NCBI RefSeq assembly: GCF_964194025.1
Contig: NC_134479.1
Location: 49,166,001 to 49,230,000, forward strand
DNA length: 64,000 bases
Reading direction: 5' to 3'
DNA from: Convolutriloba macropyga
Lineage: Eukaryota
Positions 25,050 to 38,113 of this stretch are shown one piece after another (the first letter of the stretch is position 1; every line of letters begins with the position of its first letter). The notes below the pieces were generated by a model. The model was not told where the DNA came from, made no database searches, and saw only the letters and a program-made list of their open reading frames with translations. The translations under genes were made by a program, and so were the position numbers.

Positions 25050-25268
25050 AGTTCAAGTGTACACAGCTATATGGTCCAATAGTGTGACAGCACTTATGCT
25101 TGCTAATGTTCAAATGGATGGACTTTCGAAATTGTTGAACTATCAAAAATTGTTCAACTAATCGAAAACCTCCAAACTCGTAATTGCATTAAAATTTCCT
25201 GATAAACAGAAGGCTTTTCAATTACTGAACTTTTCTTAAGCTCTTTATACTGCTGTTTCGCTTTGCAG

Positions 25269-25361
25269 GTGAATTTGAAGAGATGAGGAACACAATCGAA
25301 CAAGTAGCGAGAGACAGATTGAAGAAGATCGGAAGAGGAAACGATACTGAGTTCAAAAGAG
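25269..25361 (+). CDS. HCN: HCN-type channel exon (CNBD C-helix)
   Basis: TTTGCAG|...|GTATGT, phase 1-1, (G)EFEEMRNTIEQVARDRLKKIGRGNDTEFKR, matching HCN [22 protein letters not shown]. Confidence 0.9.
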
Positions 25362-27874
25362 GTATGTTCTCATTTCATATTCTAAATGAGCATGAAAGTT
25401 TTACTCTCAAGTAACAATATCATGTCACTTCAAATTAAATCATTTAATTGCTCAGCAGTCTCTAAAGAACTTTGAACTTTGTCTTTTAACTTTGTCCTGA
25501 AAATCAGTTTTTTTTTTAAAAAGAACTCCTTTCCCATAAGCAGTTTTAAAGTAATTCTTTTGAATAATTTTAAAATTTAAAAGTTTGAAGCCCAAGTGAA
25601 AGAAATTAACTCTTTGACATCAATTATTGACTGCAAAAACAAACGAACCTTTTGAAAAAAAAAACATTTTTGACTATTTCCTGCCTCTGTCAGTTCAAAA
25701 TTTTTCTCCCCCCATTTTTTTAAATATGGTTCACCAAACAAAAAAATCTACGCTTAATTACAATCTTTGTCCTATTAACTTTGCTGAGTACAATGACATA
25801 AAATCGGTTAAGCTGACATCCCTGAAAACTGACAGGAACAGATTAAGAAGGGAATTTTTAGTCACTGACATTAAGGAAGAATCAGAAAAAAATTATCTAA
25901 AGGTATCATTTGAAGGGTCATTAAAAGAGACAGATAGAAAAACAGTTACATGTTGTACACTTGAAGCTTCTATTCGGTTCTTCAATAAAATATTCCATTA
26001 TTTTATTTCAAAGTTGACCCAGTTTTCGTGGTAAAACTGCGTCAAATGATAGTGATAAAAACGGACCAAAGAATTCGCGTTATTGCACAGACACTGATTT
26101 ATAATACATAGGTCTGCTTATAACGATTCATCTATACCAATATAAACGTGAAGAAAGATCCATTTTAGAAGTTTAATTAGCAAAAAGAACACCTTCTTAA
26201 TATGTGGAAATTTCATATCAAACCTAATTAAAAATTTAAAGTTATAGAAAAAAAGAAGCAGTTGAATAAATTTTAGATTTCATGATACAGATCATTTGAG
26301 TCTTTTAAAAATTTCGTCCGTGTTGTCTTTAGGCTAACAGCACTATCTTCAGGTTAAAAGGACATTAAGAAAGGTGATGTTTGAATTAATCAGTCAGGCA
26401 AAATAACACCACTCAATAAAACAGCCCAGTGGTAGTCAATTTAATCACAGGACAATACATTGTCTCTTATGTCCCCGAGGCTCCATCGGAAAAGAGGGAG
26501 AGAAAAGAGGATGAGACTTAATTCCATTGACAACAATTGAGGAATACTAATATTGAGTACACTTCATATAGATGTACACATATCTATAGTAAAAAGATCA
26601 AAACTATAGAAACAAATGTCATGCAACTGGTTCAGTAATAATCCTATATTGATCCTTGCTAACTGCTATACAAAGTATAAGCTTAAACATTTTAATTTAA
26701 CGCCAAGATTTGGGCTAATGCTTTGCTAAAGCAAGCTCAAAACAAAATAGATGTTCCCGGGACAAACCAGATTAATCACTGTTTATTATTCGAGCAGTTT
26801 TGAATCGCATGTCACTGGCACTTTCCTAGCACACGCTCGGGAAAATCATTTCCCAACTTAGCTAAAAAAGCAAAAAAAAAATAAATAGTTTTTATCACAC
26901 CTTTATTCGGGACGACGCAAGAAAGAAAGAGAAAGAAGTCTCATTTTACAATTTCTCAAACAATTGTAACCATAGAATTAAAAATTTCCTAAAATTTTGT
27001 CGCTAATCAAAATTTTCAATATCGAGACAGGTCTTTTTTATTAAATGCAAACTATACAAAGGATAAAATTACTCGAGAAAAAAATATTAGTTGAACAGTA
27101 AAATGCTGACAAGCGAGTTTCAATTTGAAAGGTGAACATTTTCACCATTACTCACAACGGCAGTAATAACTCAGAAAGAAACAGATGACAGAAATTGAAC
27201 GCCAATAAAAAGTGACTATCATCAAATTACCACTGTCCTCGAAACACTTAAATGAGAAGCATCAGCATTTAATCTAATTTCAGAGAGCATTTAATGTCAA
27301 AGGTAACTCAAAAATCAAAAGGAACAGCAATCTCTATGAATTAGAAATTATATATTTTTTTCACGTATTACACGATTTTCTCTATCAATTACTGAAAAAC
27401 ATGTTAAAACCAGAAACAATGTACGCTAATTCATTTGGTATTGTAGACTAAAACTTTCTGGCGTATGTTTTTTTTTCTGAATTTTAACTAGGTCCTACAG
27501 TTTGCCCAGAAGATAGATCAAACAAAATAAACCAAACATTTATTATTGGTAAAGTAAACGCTACTATGTTTTCCCGGCTAGTTCCCCTATTGTGCAAGGT
27601 TGAAGTTAGATTGTCTCGAAAATAGTTAACTCATGAAACGGCAGTTAACATCAATTCTGGTTATATAGATAACAGATGTAAAACAATAACACAAAAATTA
27701 AAAACACAAAATCCGGGGTTCATTCATTAAAAACACAAAATCCGGACAAACTCAAGTTGTCTCGTTCTTTGTTTTTCGAAGCCTCTTCTTTTCTGTCACG
27801 GTGTTTCAGTTGAACCTCCAGTGCTAGTTATACTCACACAAACCGCTGTTATCTTCAGCAAACAAACCTCAGTC

Positions 27875-28768
27875 TTTGAAGTAAACAATAAAGCTTGAAG
27901 CTAGACTACCAAATGACGCGGAAAAATATGTTCTCTGAAGTGGATGTCTAAATTTACGTCTAAATAAGTTATTTTTAGCAGCTCAATATGCTTAAGCTCA
28001 GCAATCTGTTAAAATACATCGCTAAGCTCCAATCTGTGGCACTTTCCAAATAAAAACCTGTTACTAAAAAAAGTTAAGCTCAAATACCAACGAAATCTAA
28101 CTTAACGTCCTTGGTTTGTCAAACAGTCCGACAAAAACAGTCCCGGACAAAACAGTCCCAAACTGCAACATATTCCCAGACAAAATAGTCCCAGACAAAC
28201 TCCCAGACAAAATAGTCCCAAGAAAACACAAAACAGTCCCAGACAAAATAGTCCCAAAAAATATTGAAACCATTGTAAATATAATATACAAACAACTAAC
28301 AAACATAATCTATGAAATAAGCTTCTGAAAGCATTGTTTTTAATTGATATGAATTAGGAGTAAACCAAATGTCTGGTAATATTCTGCTATTTGGGACTGT
28401 TTTGTCTGGGACTGTTTTCTCTGTTCACCAATGTTTTAAGATAAGAGCCTTAAATAGATCAAACTTTCTAAAAGAACAAACCAAGGACGTTGAGTTAGAT
28501 TTCGTTGATATTTGAGTTTAACTTTCTTTAATAAAAGTCTTTTATTTCGAAAGTGCCACAGATCGGAGTTTAGCGATGTAATTTAACAGATTGCTATCTT
28601 GAGCATATTGAGCTGTCAAAACCCTAAAAACCTTATTAAATTGAATATGCGCATCCAGCCATAGTCCGAGTAAGCAATCGGATGTCCAAATTTAGACATC
28701 CACTTGGGAGAGCATATTTTTTCGCGTCATTTGGTAGTCTGGCTTCAAGCTGCATTGTTTACTTCAAA
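27875..28768. repeat. Long inverted repeat (arms about 27875-28119 and 28476-28768)
   Basis: TTTGAAGTAAACAAT...CTAACTTAACGTCCTTGGTTTGT is the reverse complement, with substitutions and one insertion, of ACAAACCAAGGACGTTGAGTTAG...ATTGTTTACTTCAAA. Confidence 0.85.
28125..28429 (-). mobile_element. MITE, GACAAAA.AGTCCC family (shorter, inverted copy)
   Basis: Ends CTGTTCACC (reverse complement of GGTGAACAG); tandem GACAAAA(C/T)AGTCCC motifs. Confidence 0.75.
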
Positions 28769-28769
28769 T

Positions 28770-29213
28770 GGTGAACAGACAAAACAGTCCCAGACAAAAC
28801 AGTCCGGGACAAAACAGTCCGAAAAAGTAAAATATTCCCAGACAAAATAGTCCCGAGAAAACAGACAAAACAGTCCACGTCAAAATAGTTAGATTAAGCA
28901 CATGCACACCAATTAAAAAGGAAACCTCTTAAGTTATTCATATGAGTGTTTTCCATTTAACAAACTTTAAGCTGATTACAACATAGATGTTCAGATATTA
29001 TGTATTTTGAAACAAATTTTTGGTTTAATCCTAATTCATATCGATAAAAAACAATCAAAAGCTTAATTCATAGATTTGTTTGTTAGTTGTTTGTATATTA
29101 TATTTACAATGGTTTCAATATTTTATTTGGGACTATTTTGTCTGTGACTGTTTTGTGTTTTCTTGGGACTATTTTGTCTGGGACTGTTTTGTCTGGGACT
29201 GTTTTGTCCGACC
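28770..29213 (+). mobile_element. MITE, GACAAAA.AGTCCC family
   Basis: GGTGAACAGACAAAACAGTCCC ... GGGACTGTTTTGTCCGACC; internal core shared with 24547-25049 and, inverted, with 28125-28429. Confidence 0.75.
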
Positions 29214-32200
29214 AAAACATTGGGAAATTTTTTACATAGCTACAACAAATGAGTTAAAGAGCTATCAACCAACCAATATAGAACATGGAAATTTTCTCTA
29301 CGTTTATTGGCTAGTTGTGAAAAGTCTACAAGTATAAACGTATGCTTGTTTCCCTACCACTATTTCCTGCTTTTCATTTGAAACAGTACGTAAAATTAAC
29401 TTCAGAAATCCCATTGTAAATTAAATCCGTTTAATTTTCATTGAGCATCTGCCGCTGCCCAAAGCTGCACGTTAAGAAGTAGGCAAGATCAACAGCATAG
29501 GGAAGCAATCACTTTTGGTGCAGACTTTCAAATAGCAAAAAAACGTTTTTTTTGTTTAACAATTTTTGCAAAACTGTCTAGTACGAAATTACTTTTCACA
29601 CTTGGCATTTTTCATTTTTCAGTGCGTTCAACTCCGATGAAATCGCAGATTTTTCTATTAGAACCAGATGAAAATATCAGTTCAGCGAAAATCAAAAAGA
29701 TTTATTGAGACGCCTAGAACATAGGAAACCGTTTAGAAAACAACAAACTTTCGAATGATATCACAGACTTGCTATTACCTGCAGTTCTCATGCTCTGCCT
29801 TGAGTGATTGTATAACTTTTAGGGTCCACTATTATTGCTGCCGAATTGCATTGACCATAAGTTTATATTTTTCCCATGTTTTGCTGACAACTTTATACAG
29901 TTTTCACATTTCAATGCTCTAATCACAGCTCTGACCATTCGAAAAACTATTGAGAACATTTGGTGAGAATATTTCCCAAATTCAACCCTTTTCCATCTCT
30001 GTGATGTTACTACTGTACGGTCGAGACAAATTTCAATTTTAATTTTTAGGGTGCATGGGTAAGACTTCATTTGTAGATATTACTGCGATTCTCTATATAT
30101 TTCATCCAATTGTTAGCTTTATGACTGCAAACGAAACTGCAATTTCTCCGCCTTTTAACTAAAAATAATGTTACCCCTAGAAGAGAAAACTAATATTGAT
30201 CTAAATATTCGGAAGTATTAGTATTAAATAAAGGCTATTTGCGCCCCTCCTGCTTTGCTTATGCTTACATGAATATTTACACACGTTTTTCTATCAGGCA
30301 GATCTATCTCTCCAACCCCCGCGTAGTTGGCATATAGAACTTTTAACCCCCCCCCCCCCGCCCCAGAAGGCGTAGGTGCTTTTTCGTACATGCCAACGTG
30401 CTTTAATGGATTTCCATTGAACACAGAATTAGCTCATAATTTGTAACAGGCGTCATTAAAAAAACCGGAGGGCGACAGACATAATAGGTCCAATTTGCAT
30501 CATACATAGCTTATTTTAAAAACGATTTTGTATTGAGTTCAAAAACTACCATTTCGATAGCATTTCCATAACATAGCCCATTTTTATAGGCTGTGCTAGT
30601 ACTCTGGACTACAACTCCATCAAACACTAGTACCAAATTGCCCAATAAATTAGATCCAGGGGGAGGCATACACAGAAAATATCCAAATTTCAAATTGTGC
30701 TTTTTAACTTCAAGTGCACATCATCTCTAATAACTCTGCAGGTTCAAAATAAAAATATTACTGAACAGGCAGCCAGGGTCTAGACTATAAACTAGAGAGC
30801 AGAAAATCTCGACGTCTGCAGTCATTCTCCAAAACAATTAAATAAATTAAAATTGGTTTAAATTAACTAAATTTAATCATCATATATGTTCTCGCTATTC
30901 CCTGCCTAGTATTAGTATAAGGGAAAAGAAATTGAAAATCGTAAAATCCCACCAGACCGATAAAAACCAATAAATCAATCAAATATTTCACAATACAAGT
31001 CATTAACAGATCAGTTATTAAAAGCGTACTATTTAAAGTAGACGTCGTTCCCTTGCATATATTTTATAATGTGAAGATTGTATTGAATATTATCAACCCG
31101 CTATATACCTGATCCAATTTTCTGCAGTATTATGCCTTTAGGGCTATCAATGGGGTGCCGAGAGGGTGCGATTGGACGGTTTGATGAGTTATGACTGACG
31201 TCAGAGGAAAATATTGTGACCAAATTAACATTTCACAGACGCAATAGAGTAATTCAATTAGTTTCGGGAAGAGCGAATCCATAGATTAGGGAATAAAATA
31301 GGGAGAGCAAAATTGATGGTGTTGACTAGATTTGAGAGCAGAAACCTCTAATTTAAGTTCGCATAAATTAAAAATAGAGGACGAAAAGATAATTCTTTGA
31401 AACCAACAAAGGACATCAAACTTCTATATCAAAGGAAAACATCTATAACTGATCTTTAAGTTCAATGGTCTTACTAAATTGGGGAAATTGCAAAAAAATA
31501 GTCGGGAAAAAGAAAACCACGAAATACTGAAGAAGCAAATAAATTTCATACTACGCTACGATCGCACTAAAAATAGATGAAAGAAGCGAAGAAATGCTGA
31601 CCGCAACTCAATGCTTACTTGAAATTTTTTATAAAAGAACAAGGCATAGTTATGAATCTTGTTGAACGGGAGAAGCATTATTAACTGCTCTCAAACAATG
31701 ATTGTAGCAATTAAATTAGGCCTGTTAATTTTTTCAAATGCATTTTTTCGTAATACCACTTTTTCGACTGAGCAAGACGGCTCAGCTGAAATGTATCCAG
31801 ACGGCTCGTACGAGACTACGCTTAGCACAGAAAGTTCCAACATAGGTTAGGAGTTTGTCGAACTTTTCCTGTTCTGAGAAGAAAACATCTTTTTGACAAA
31901 CAATATTGAAAAGCTCAAGTCTAAGCCATTTTTTGTGACAACCTTAATTTAAACATTCTTTAATAATAAAACTTAAAAAATCACATCCCTGACTTTGATA
32001 TAAGATTAACAGATATTAAACCACATATACTGTCAATCGTGTAATATAAGGCTACTTCTCAGAATATTGATGTTCCAAAGGAACAATTAGTCCCAAGATT
32101 TACCATAAAGTAACACAGGCAATTATCTTCAATAAACGAAGCCATCAGTTTATTCGTTAGAAACAGCAAAGAATTTATTGGTTTTTCTCATTTATTCATT

Positions 32201-34103
32201 GAAAATTTTTTAAACTAACAAAATCTTTACCAATTAGGCAGACTAAATTAAAATTGGTTTTTTGCTTCATAAATGATACCGAATATCCATCAAAAGTTAG
32301 AGTTAGTTATAATGTCAAATTTGGCCCTTTTGGTAACAACTCTCTTGTTAACAGCTCTGTTTGGTAACAATTCCTTTGGTAACAACTCTTCAATTCATTT
32401 TGTCTTTATTGGGACAATTGCCAATTTAGAACAATTTGTATCAAACACAAAATAGTTTTCGATTAAAAACTTATGTGACAAATGGAAAATAAGAATTCAA
32501 AGTTTTTTTCACAATATTTGTACTGGATCACAGACGCTTGTTGTATTTTAACTAGCTCAAGCAGGTCCACCTTAAACTTCCGTGATTCGATCAAACCTGA
32601 ACCAATTGTAGAAATTACGTTTTCATATCAAGCAAGCAACAGCTTGGGAGACAGTTGCAGTGTTTTCAAAGATATTCTTCCTTTTCTTAGTTTTTTTTCG
32701 TTCTTTTGGCCACGAAGTTTGCACCTGCAACCAATTCAGCTAAACATCGTCCTATGCAAGCCTTAATTGACTGCAGGAATTGCTTTTAGCAAGTTTTTTT
32801 TAGAAATTCGGAAAAATACTTTCTCGCGTGTTTGAAAATACATATATAAAGGAACCCAAGAGAACATCTAATGAATCCGACTGCTGCAGGCATTAAAGTC
32901 AGAGGTAGGGAAGTTGAAAAACAAAACCATTTAATAAATTTCGTTGTTTCCTCCATTGGTCGTCTTTTCTGTTTTGTTTCTGAATGTCCCTTTCAAAAAC
33001 GAAACCAATCCAAAAATCCAAGCTTACAGAAACAGTTATTTTATGTCAGATTAAAGCGTAGAATGAAAGTTCTCAGAGAAGTAAAAACTATTTGTGATAT
33101 CTGCTTGTTTTTTCGGTTTTCCTGTTGACTAAAAATTATGGTCGGTCAATTAGAGGCCAGCTTGAATTCGGCAGTCACATGAACATCAGGAACAACCAAC
33201 AGAAAATGAACACCAGGAACTACCAACAGAAAAAAATTGCTTCTCGCATTGTTTTCAATAACTCTCGTCTCAAACTTCCCAGATTTGGTCAATTCTTTTA
33301 AATTTTGTTGAAACCATATTTGGGTAAGTTGAAGGTTGCGGCATTGGTACTCAGATATAGATACAAAATTAGGTTATCTTCTTTAAAAAAAAGTTTTAAA
33401 ACTTCAAGAAATGGTGAAATAATGATCCCACACTTTTGAATTTGAATCAATTAGTCAATCATATTGGAAATCTTTTTTTGCAAATTAGTTTGTTCGAGGA
33501 GCCGGAAAATAATCACAGAGGAGATAAGTAATAAATTTCAACTTTGATTAGTTTTTACGTCTGTAGAAAAGGAAACATTTTGCATATAAAAAGTATCTCA
33601 ACAGTTCGTTTGCAATCGGGTATTGCTTCATGGAAGAAAAATCAGAGAACCTAATCATATGACAACAGAAAACTTTAACGAAGCATTAAAAATTTCAAAG
33701 TAAAAAGTGTTTTGTTATTTTTCTCTTCATAAAAATTATTTTCGCATATATCATTTTTCTTCATTGGTTAAATCGAAAATGAATTGAGCTACAAAAAGTC
33801 TATAAATTTTTCTAGCAATTATAATAACACAGTTTACTATCCTCCGCAACCTTACCCCCTACAACCAACCCCCCCCAAAAAAAACCCATTCCTTTCCTGT
33901 TTTCCTTTCGAATATAACCGACTGAACCGGGTAGCTTGCTCTCGAACGCTACACAGGACTATTCTATTGTACCCCGGTTCAGCCGAGGATTCTTGACTGC
34001 TTTAGATTGCGACAATTACTGAGAATTTTTAAATGATGTTACTGGGGCTTATCATAGACAACTACAATGATTTAAATTGAAAAGTAAAACAATTTACGTA
34101 GTA

Positions 34104-36206
34104 TTTTTATTGTTCCGACCCCACTTGTGGGGGAGGAGGAACTATATACTCAAATGGGTTTTTTTTTGTTCCGTGAATTTTGGCCGACCGATATATTCAT
34201 CGTAGAGAAATGTGCGTGGTATCATTAAAAAGCTCGTCCAGCGTAGAATTCGAAATTAAAAAGATTTTTTTGAATTTCGTTTTTTTCGAGGAGTTATCGA
34301 GGTTCAAAGTTTCATGTGAACACTGGATATTTGGTTCACTTTTGTTCACTTTTACCGTAATTAACGTTTTTTCTACAAAAAATTTAATTCAAAACTAGAT
34401 TTCACGCCAAAAAGTAAATCAATTTTAGGTTTTTAATAGACGAAAGGAGATAATAAAGACTAGTTCTAGTCTCAGAGGGAAGTTTAATATATAAAAAAAA
34501 TTCGAATTAGGTTTGGGAGCTTTTTTTTTTAGAAAATTTTGCAATTTTTTTGTTTTTTCAAGTCACCTAGAGACTACTAGACACTTTTAATATCGAAGTT
34601 CCGTTAATGACAAACCTCTCTTACGATCAAATGAAGCCCAATGAACAAAAAAATTGTTTCGAAGGGATCGCTCGTGTTTTTTTGGACTCGTATCTCAAAT
34701 TTCGTAATTTCAAATGAAATTTTGATTTACTTTTTGAGGTTTTACTAAAGTTTTGCAATCCTATGGCATAAACTTGTTGACTAAAGGTGCAGTAGATTTG
34801 CTAATGAGCATTAAGTGAACCTATCTAGTGCTGTGAGTGAACAGCTAATGGCTGTTAAGACTTTGTAAATTTTCGAAAGTTTTTTTTAAAATTAGTAAAT
34901 TCTAAACTTATTTTTGTGAACTGTAAGTTCGTCTCAGTAAAAACAGGATTGAACTCCTTCATACCACTGCAACATAAGTTAATCTCATTGACGGCTTTAT
35001 CAAATAACTATTGGTTATACGTCTTCAATGCCACAAGATTTCAAATTTTTCTAAAAATTTTTTGGACATTTCGTCTTATTGGTTCATTTTGAAATCGTAT
35101 CACGTCATCCTAATATTGATGGCTAAATCTTCCTTTAGTGAAGACGTCCAAAGGATGATAGATAAAACTTTCTAAGAAAAAAATATGGTTTAAATGGCTT
35201 CAACACTCCCATTTTTCTAAAGAAATTTTGGTTTTTGCCTGTATTTGTTGTTTTTTTTTCATAGTCATAAGACATATTGTGATGTCTTATTGATTACCTA
35301 GGCATCATAAACATCCTTGTATTCACATCGTGGCATAGCTGAGCGTATTCATTGAATTCCTATGAAAGCTTTTGAGTTTAATGGCTGTTAAGACTTTAAA
35401 AATATTTTTTTATTTTTTTTGAACATAAATCAATCTTAAGCTTATTTTCGTGGATTGTCAGTCAGTCTCGGTAATGACAGAACCGCTTTTTTTGTACATC
35501 AGCAACAATTTATCTAGTTAGCGGTTTTGTCTTCTATCTATTGGTTTTTTTTACTTCGGTGCACGAGTTTTCATAATTTTTATAATTTTTGGATTTTTTT
35601 TAGTAATTTTGGTTCCTTTTGAAATCGTATTACATTATCCTAATATTGGTTGCTCCCATTGGCTTAGTGAAGACGTTCAATGGATCGTTGAAAAAGTTTT
35701 CAGAGAAAAAAGCTTATGGTTTAAATAGCATCGACACTTTCTTCTCTCAATTTTCTACCGAACTTTTGGATTTTGCCTGTTTTTGTTGTTGTTTTCATAG
35801 TCAATGACTTGTTGTAATGTCTTATTGATAAATTTTGAATGACAAACATCCTAGTCGTCACATCATCTAGGTATAATTTAGCGTATTAAATGCCTTCCGT
35901 TGAAAGCTGTAGAGTTTTTTGACTTTGATACTATGGGTTTTCTCAAAAATTTCGTGGTTTTGATGTATTTTTCTTTGCCATACGACTTATTGTGATGAGT
36001 TATTGATGTCACATGAATGAAACCTATGATTGCTATTTCATCGAGGCAGAATTTAGTGTGTTTAATTAACTTAAAATGTAGCATTTTTTTAAAATTCAAA
36101 CATCTATTTTTGTTATCTCTTCATTTGGTTGACAATTAAGTCAAAAATGTAGATGAGCTCGGGTCGGAACATCATGTGCGAACGCACATTAACGAGCCCC
36201 CTTGTT
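34104..36206 (+). mobile_element. Non-autonomous Helentron/Helitron2-like element, family 1, copy B
   Basis: T-rich start, subTIR TGTTCCGACCC (34111) and hairpin CCCCAC-TT-GTGGGG; at the 3' end GGGTCGGAACA (36161-36171), hairpin ATGTGCG-AA-CGCACAT and terminal CTTGTT. No coding capacity. Confidence 0.75.
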
Positions 36207-36323
36207 GGTTAATTTATAGTTAATTACCACCAATTGAGTTCACTTATATAAAATTGTGAATAAAAGCAATTCAGATCAACAGAAAAATCATCCCAATTAA
36301 TTGAGCAAGAATGTAGCAAAAAA

Positions 36324-36392
36324 GGGATCTTTTCCGTTTGTGACCCCCCGCTTAGTGGGCACATATTATTCGGCACAAACGGAAACGATCCC
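36324..36392. mobile_element. 69-bp mini inverted-repeat element
   Basis: GGGATCTTTTCCGTTTGTG ... CACAAACGGAAACGATCCC (18/19 inverted match), flanked by AAA on both sides. Confidence 0.55.
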
Positions 36393-36892
36393 AAACTTCT
36401 AACACTTTGTTGAAAGGGTGGCCATGTGCATCAGCCAGTTCATTAGAAACCTTGATATGCCTGACTAAGCTTCTGATATCTTTCCGTTTTCTGGATGCGT
36501 TGACCTGATTGTTAAACTCAATTTTTTAAATATTTTTTGGAGACCCTTACAACTTCTCAAATGGTTTAACTGTCTGATTTTGAATTTCTGGTTTTTGGGA
36601 ACAGTGGATTAGAGTAATGAATGCGAAAAGTTATCAACTGAAAACATCTTGTAAATCTTCACTCAGTGACGAACATTTGAAACTGACGAATTTTCGGCTC
36701 TGCTGGCCCGAAATGGAAGGCATGGTTCAAATTTTTTTGCCGTTTTATCTAAATTTATCAATGCTCAACTTATTTTTAGAAATTTAATCGAAAAATTGTT
36801 GCACAAACGGAAAAATTGCACGTGCGTATTTCAACACCGCTTTTCAAACTTTTTCCGATACCAATTTTGAAATGTCTTTGTTTCAATTGTAG

Positions 36893-37144
36893 ATCGGAAG
36901 ATGAGCCATTTTGGACGTGGAATGCAAACAGACCTGGAAGAAGTGAGCCAGAAACTGGACATTCTGCTGAAGTACCACCAGATACAACAACAACCAACTT
37001 CTTCAAATTACCCCGCCCCTCCCCCGGGACCTCCTCCACCCCTAACAAATGTTCCCCCAATCCAGACTCAATTCCCAAATGTGTGTTTGAACAGTGACCA
37101 GTTCAGCAAAAGTGGAAGTGATCACAATTTACAGCAGCACTCAA
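36893..37144 (+). CDS. HCN: Probable HCN C-terminal tail exon (short coiled coil and polyproline stretch)
   Basis: TTGTAG|...|GTAGGT, phase 1-1 and compatible with the exon ending at 25361; (D)RKMSHFGRGMQTDLEEVSQKLDILLKYHQ...PAPPPGPPPPL...QQHS. Assignment to HCN rests on phase and strand only. Confidence 0.65.
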
Positions 37145-37577
37145 GTAGGTCCTATTTTGATATCTAAAGCCCTGACATCTATTTTCCTTTTGCCATCGCC
37201 CTAATTTTTCGCCCTCCTCTCACACTTGCTATTATAGCGTTTGAAACCAATCAACGGAACTGGTGGGGAACCTTGCTGTATAAAGACTGTCATTAATAAA
37301 CAAGGCTGAATCTTTTCATGATCTGGGAACACTAAAGAAGAATTTCAAGTCGAGTGAAACGAATGTCAAAACGCAGCTTAGTCTGAGCTTAATTTAGTAG
37401 CAAACATGTTTTTTGCTCCAATTTGGCCTCCGATCGAATATTTGACAGCTTTATTGCAACAGTTCTGTCATTGGGCAAAAATTTCAATAACGGGTAAAAA
37501 AATGTTGGAACAACCCAAAATGTTACATTAACTTATAGATTTAGCGATATTAGTTTTAAAAAATTACTATTTTTTAG

Positions 37578-38113
37578 AACTTCCGAAGTCAACAACGACA
37601 GAGAGCGTGTTGAAAGAAGAAACAGAATCTTCGGAAAACAATTATGATTCTAATTTGATACAAATTCCTTCCGAAAACGACGGAAACCAAAATGAGCAAT
37701 TTTTAGAACTTGAAACGCCCGAAACTTCACCACTTACAATAAAACCAAAGCCATCAATTTTTTCACCCTCAAAACTAGCCGCCAGATTTTCACCACAACT
37801 GTCTTCCAAAATCGTAAATTCTCAAAACCCACCCAGTTCTTGGAAAACGCCACACAAGAAACGAGCAAGCCAGCCCGTAAACCCATTTAACCCACAGCAG
37901 TACGACAATGCACTTATAATTTCCAATCCTATTATGGGTTCATTTACACAGCCCACGGACCCGTTAAACCCTTTTAACCCTCGTTTAAGGTCGCAATCAA
38001 CATTCGGTTCACCGATAGGTCATTTTTCACATTCACGTACAAGTTCTGACGAGTTTGATTTTAAAGCTGAAGATTTGTTGCGTAATAATGACGTAACGAC
38101 ATCAGATGTGTGA
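37578..38113 (+). CDS. HCN: Probable terminal HCN exon (Ser/Pro/Asn-rich tail ending TTSDV*)
   Basis: TTTTTAG acceptor, phase 1, in frame with ORF 37607-38113; stop TGA; AATAAA at 38308-38313. Confidence 0.65.

Noticed and set aside
26353-26373. AG/GT-bounded 21-nt candidate HCN exon
   Set aside because: In the required phase 1 it reads directly into a TAA stop.
24547-29213. Regularly spaced GACAAAA.AGTCCC motifs resembling a CRISPR-like array
   Set aside because: The motifs invert between element halves, have no unique spacers of constant length, and the DNA is eukaryotic; they are MITE subterminal repeats.
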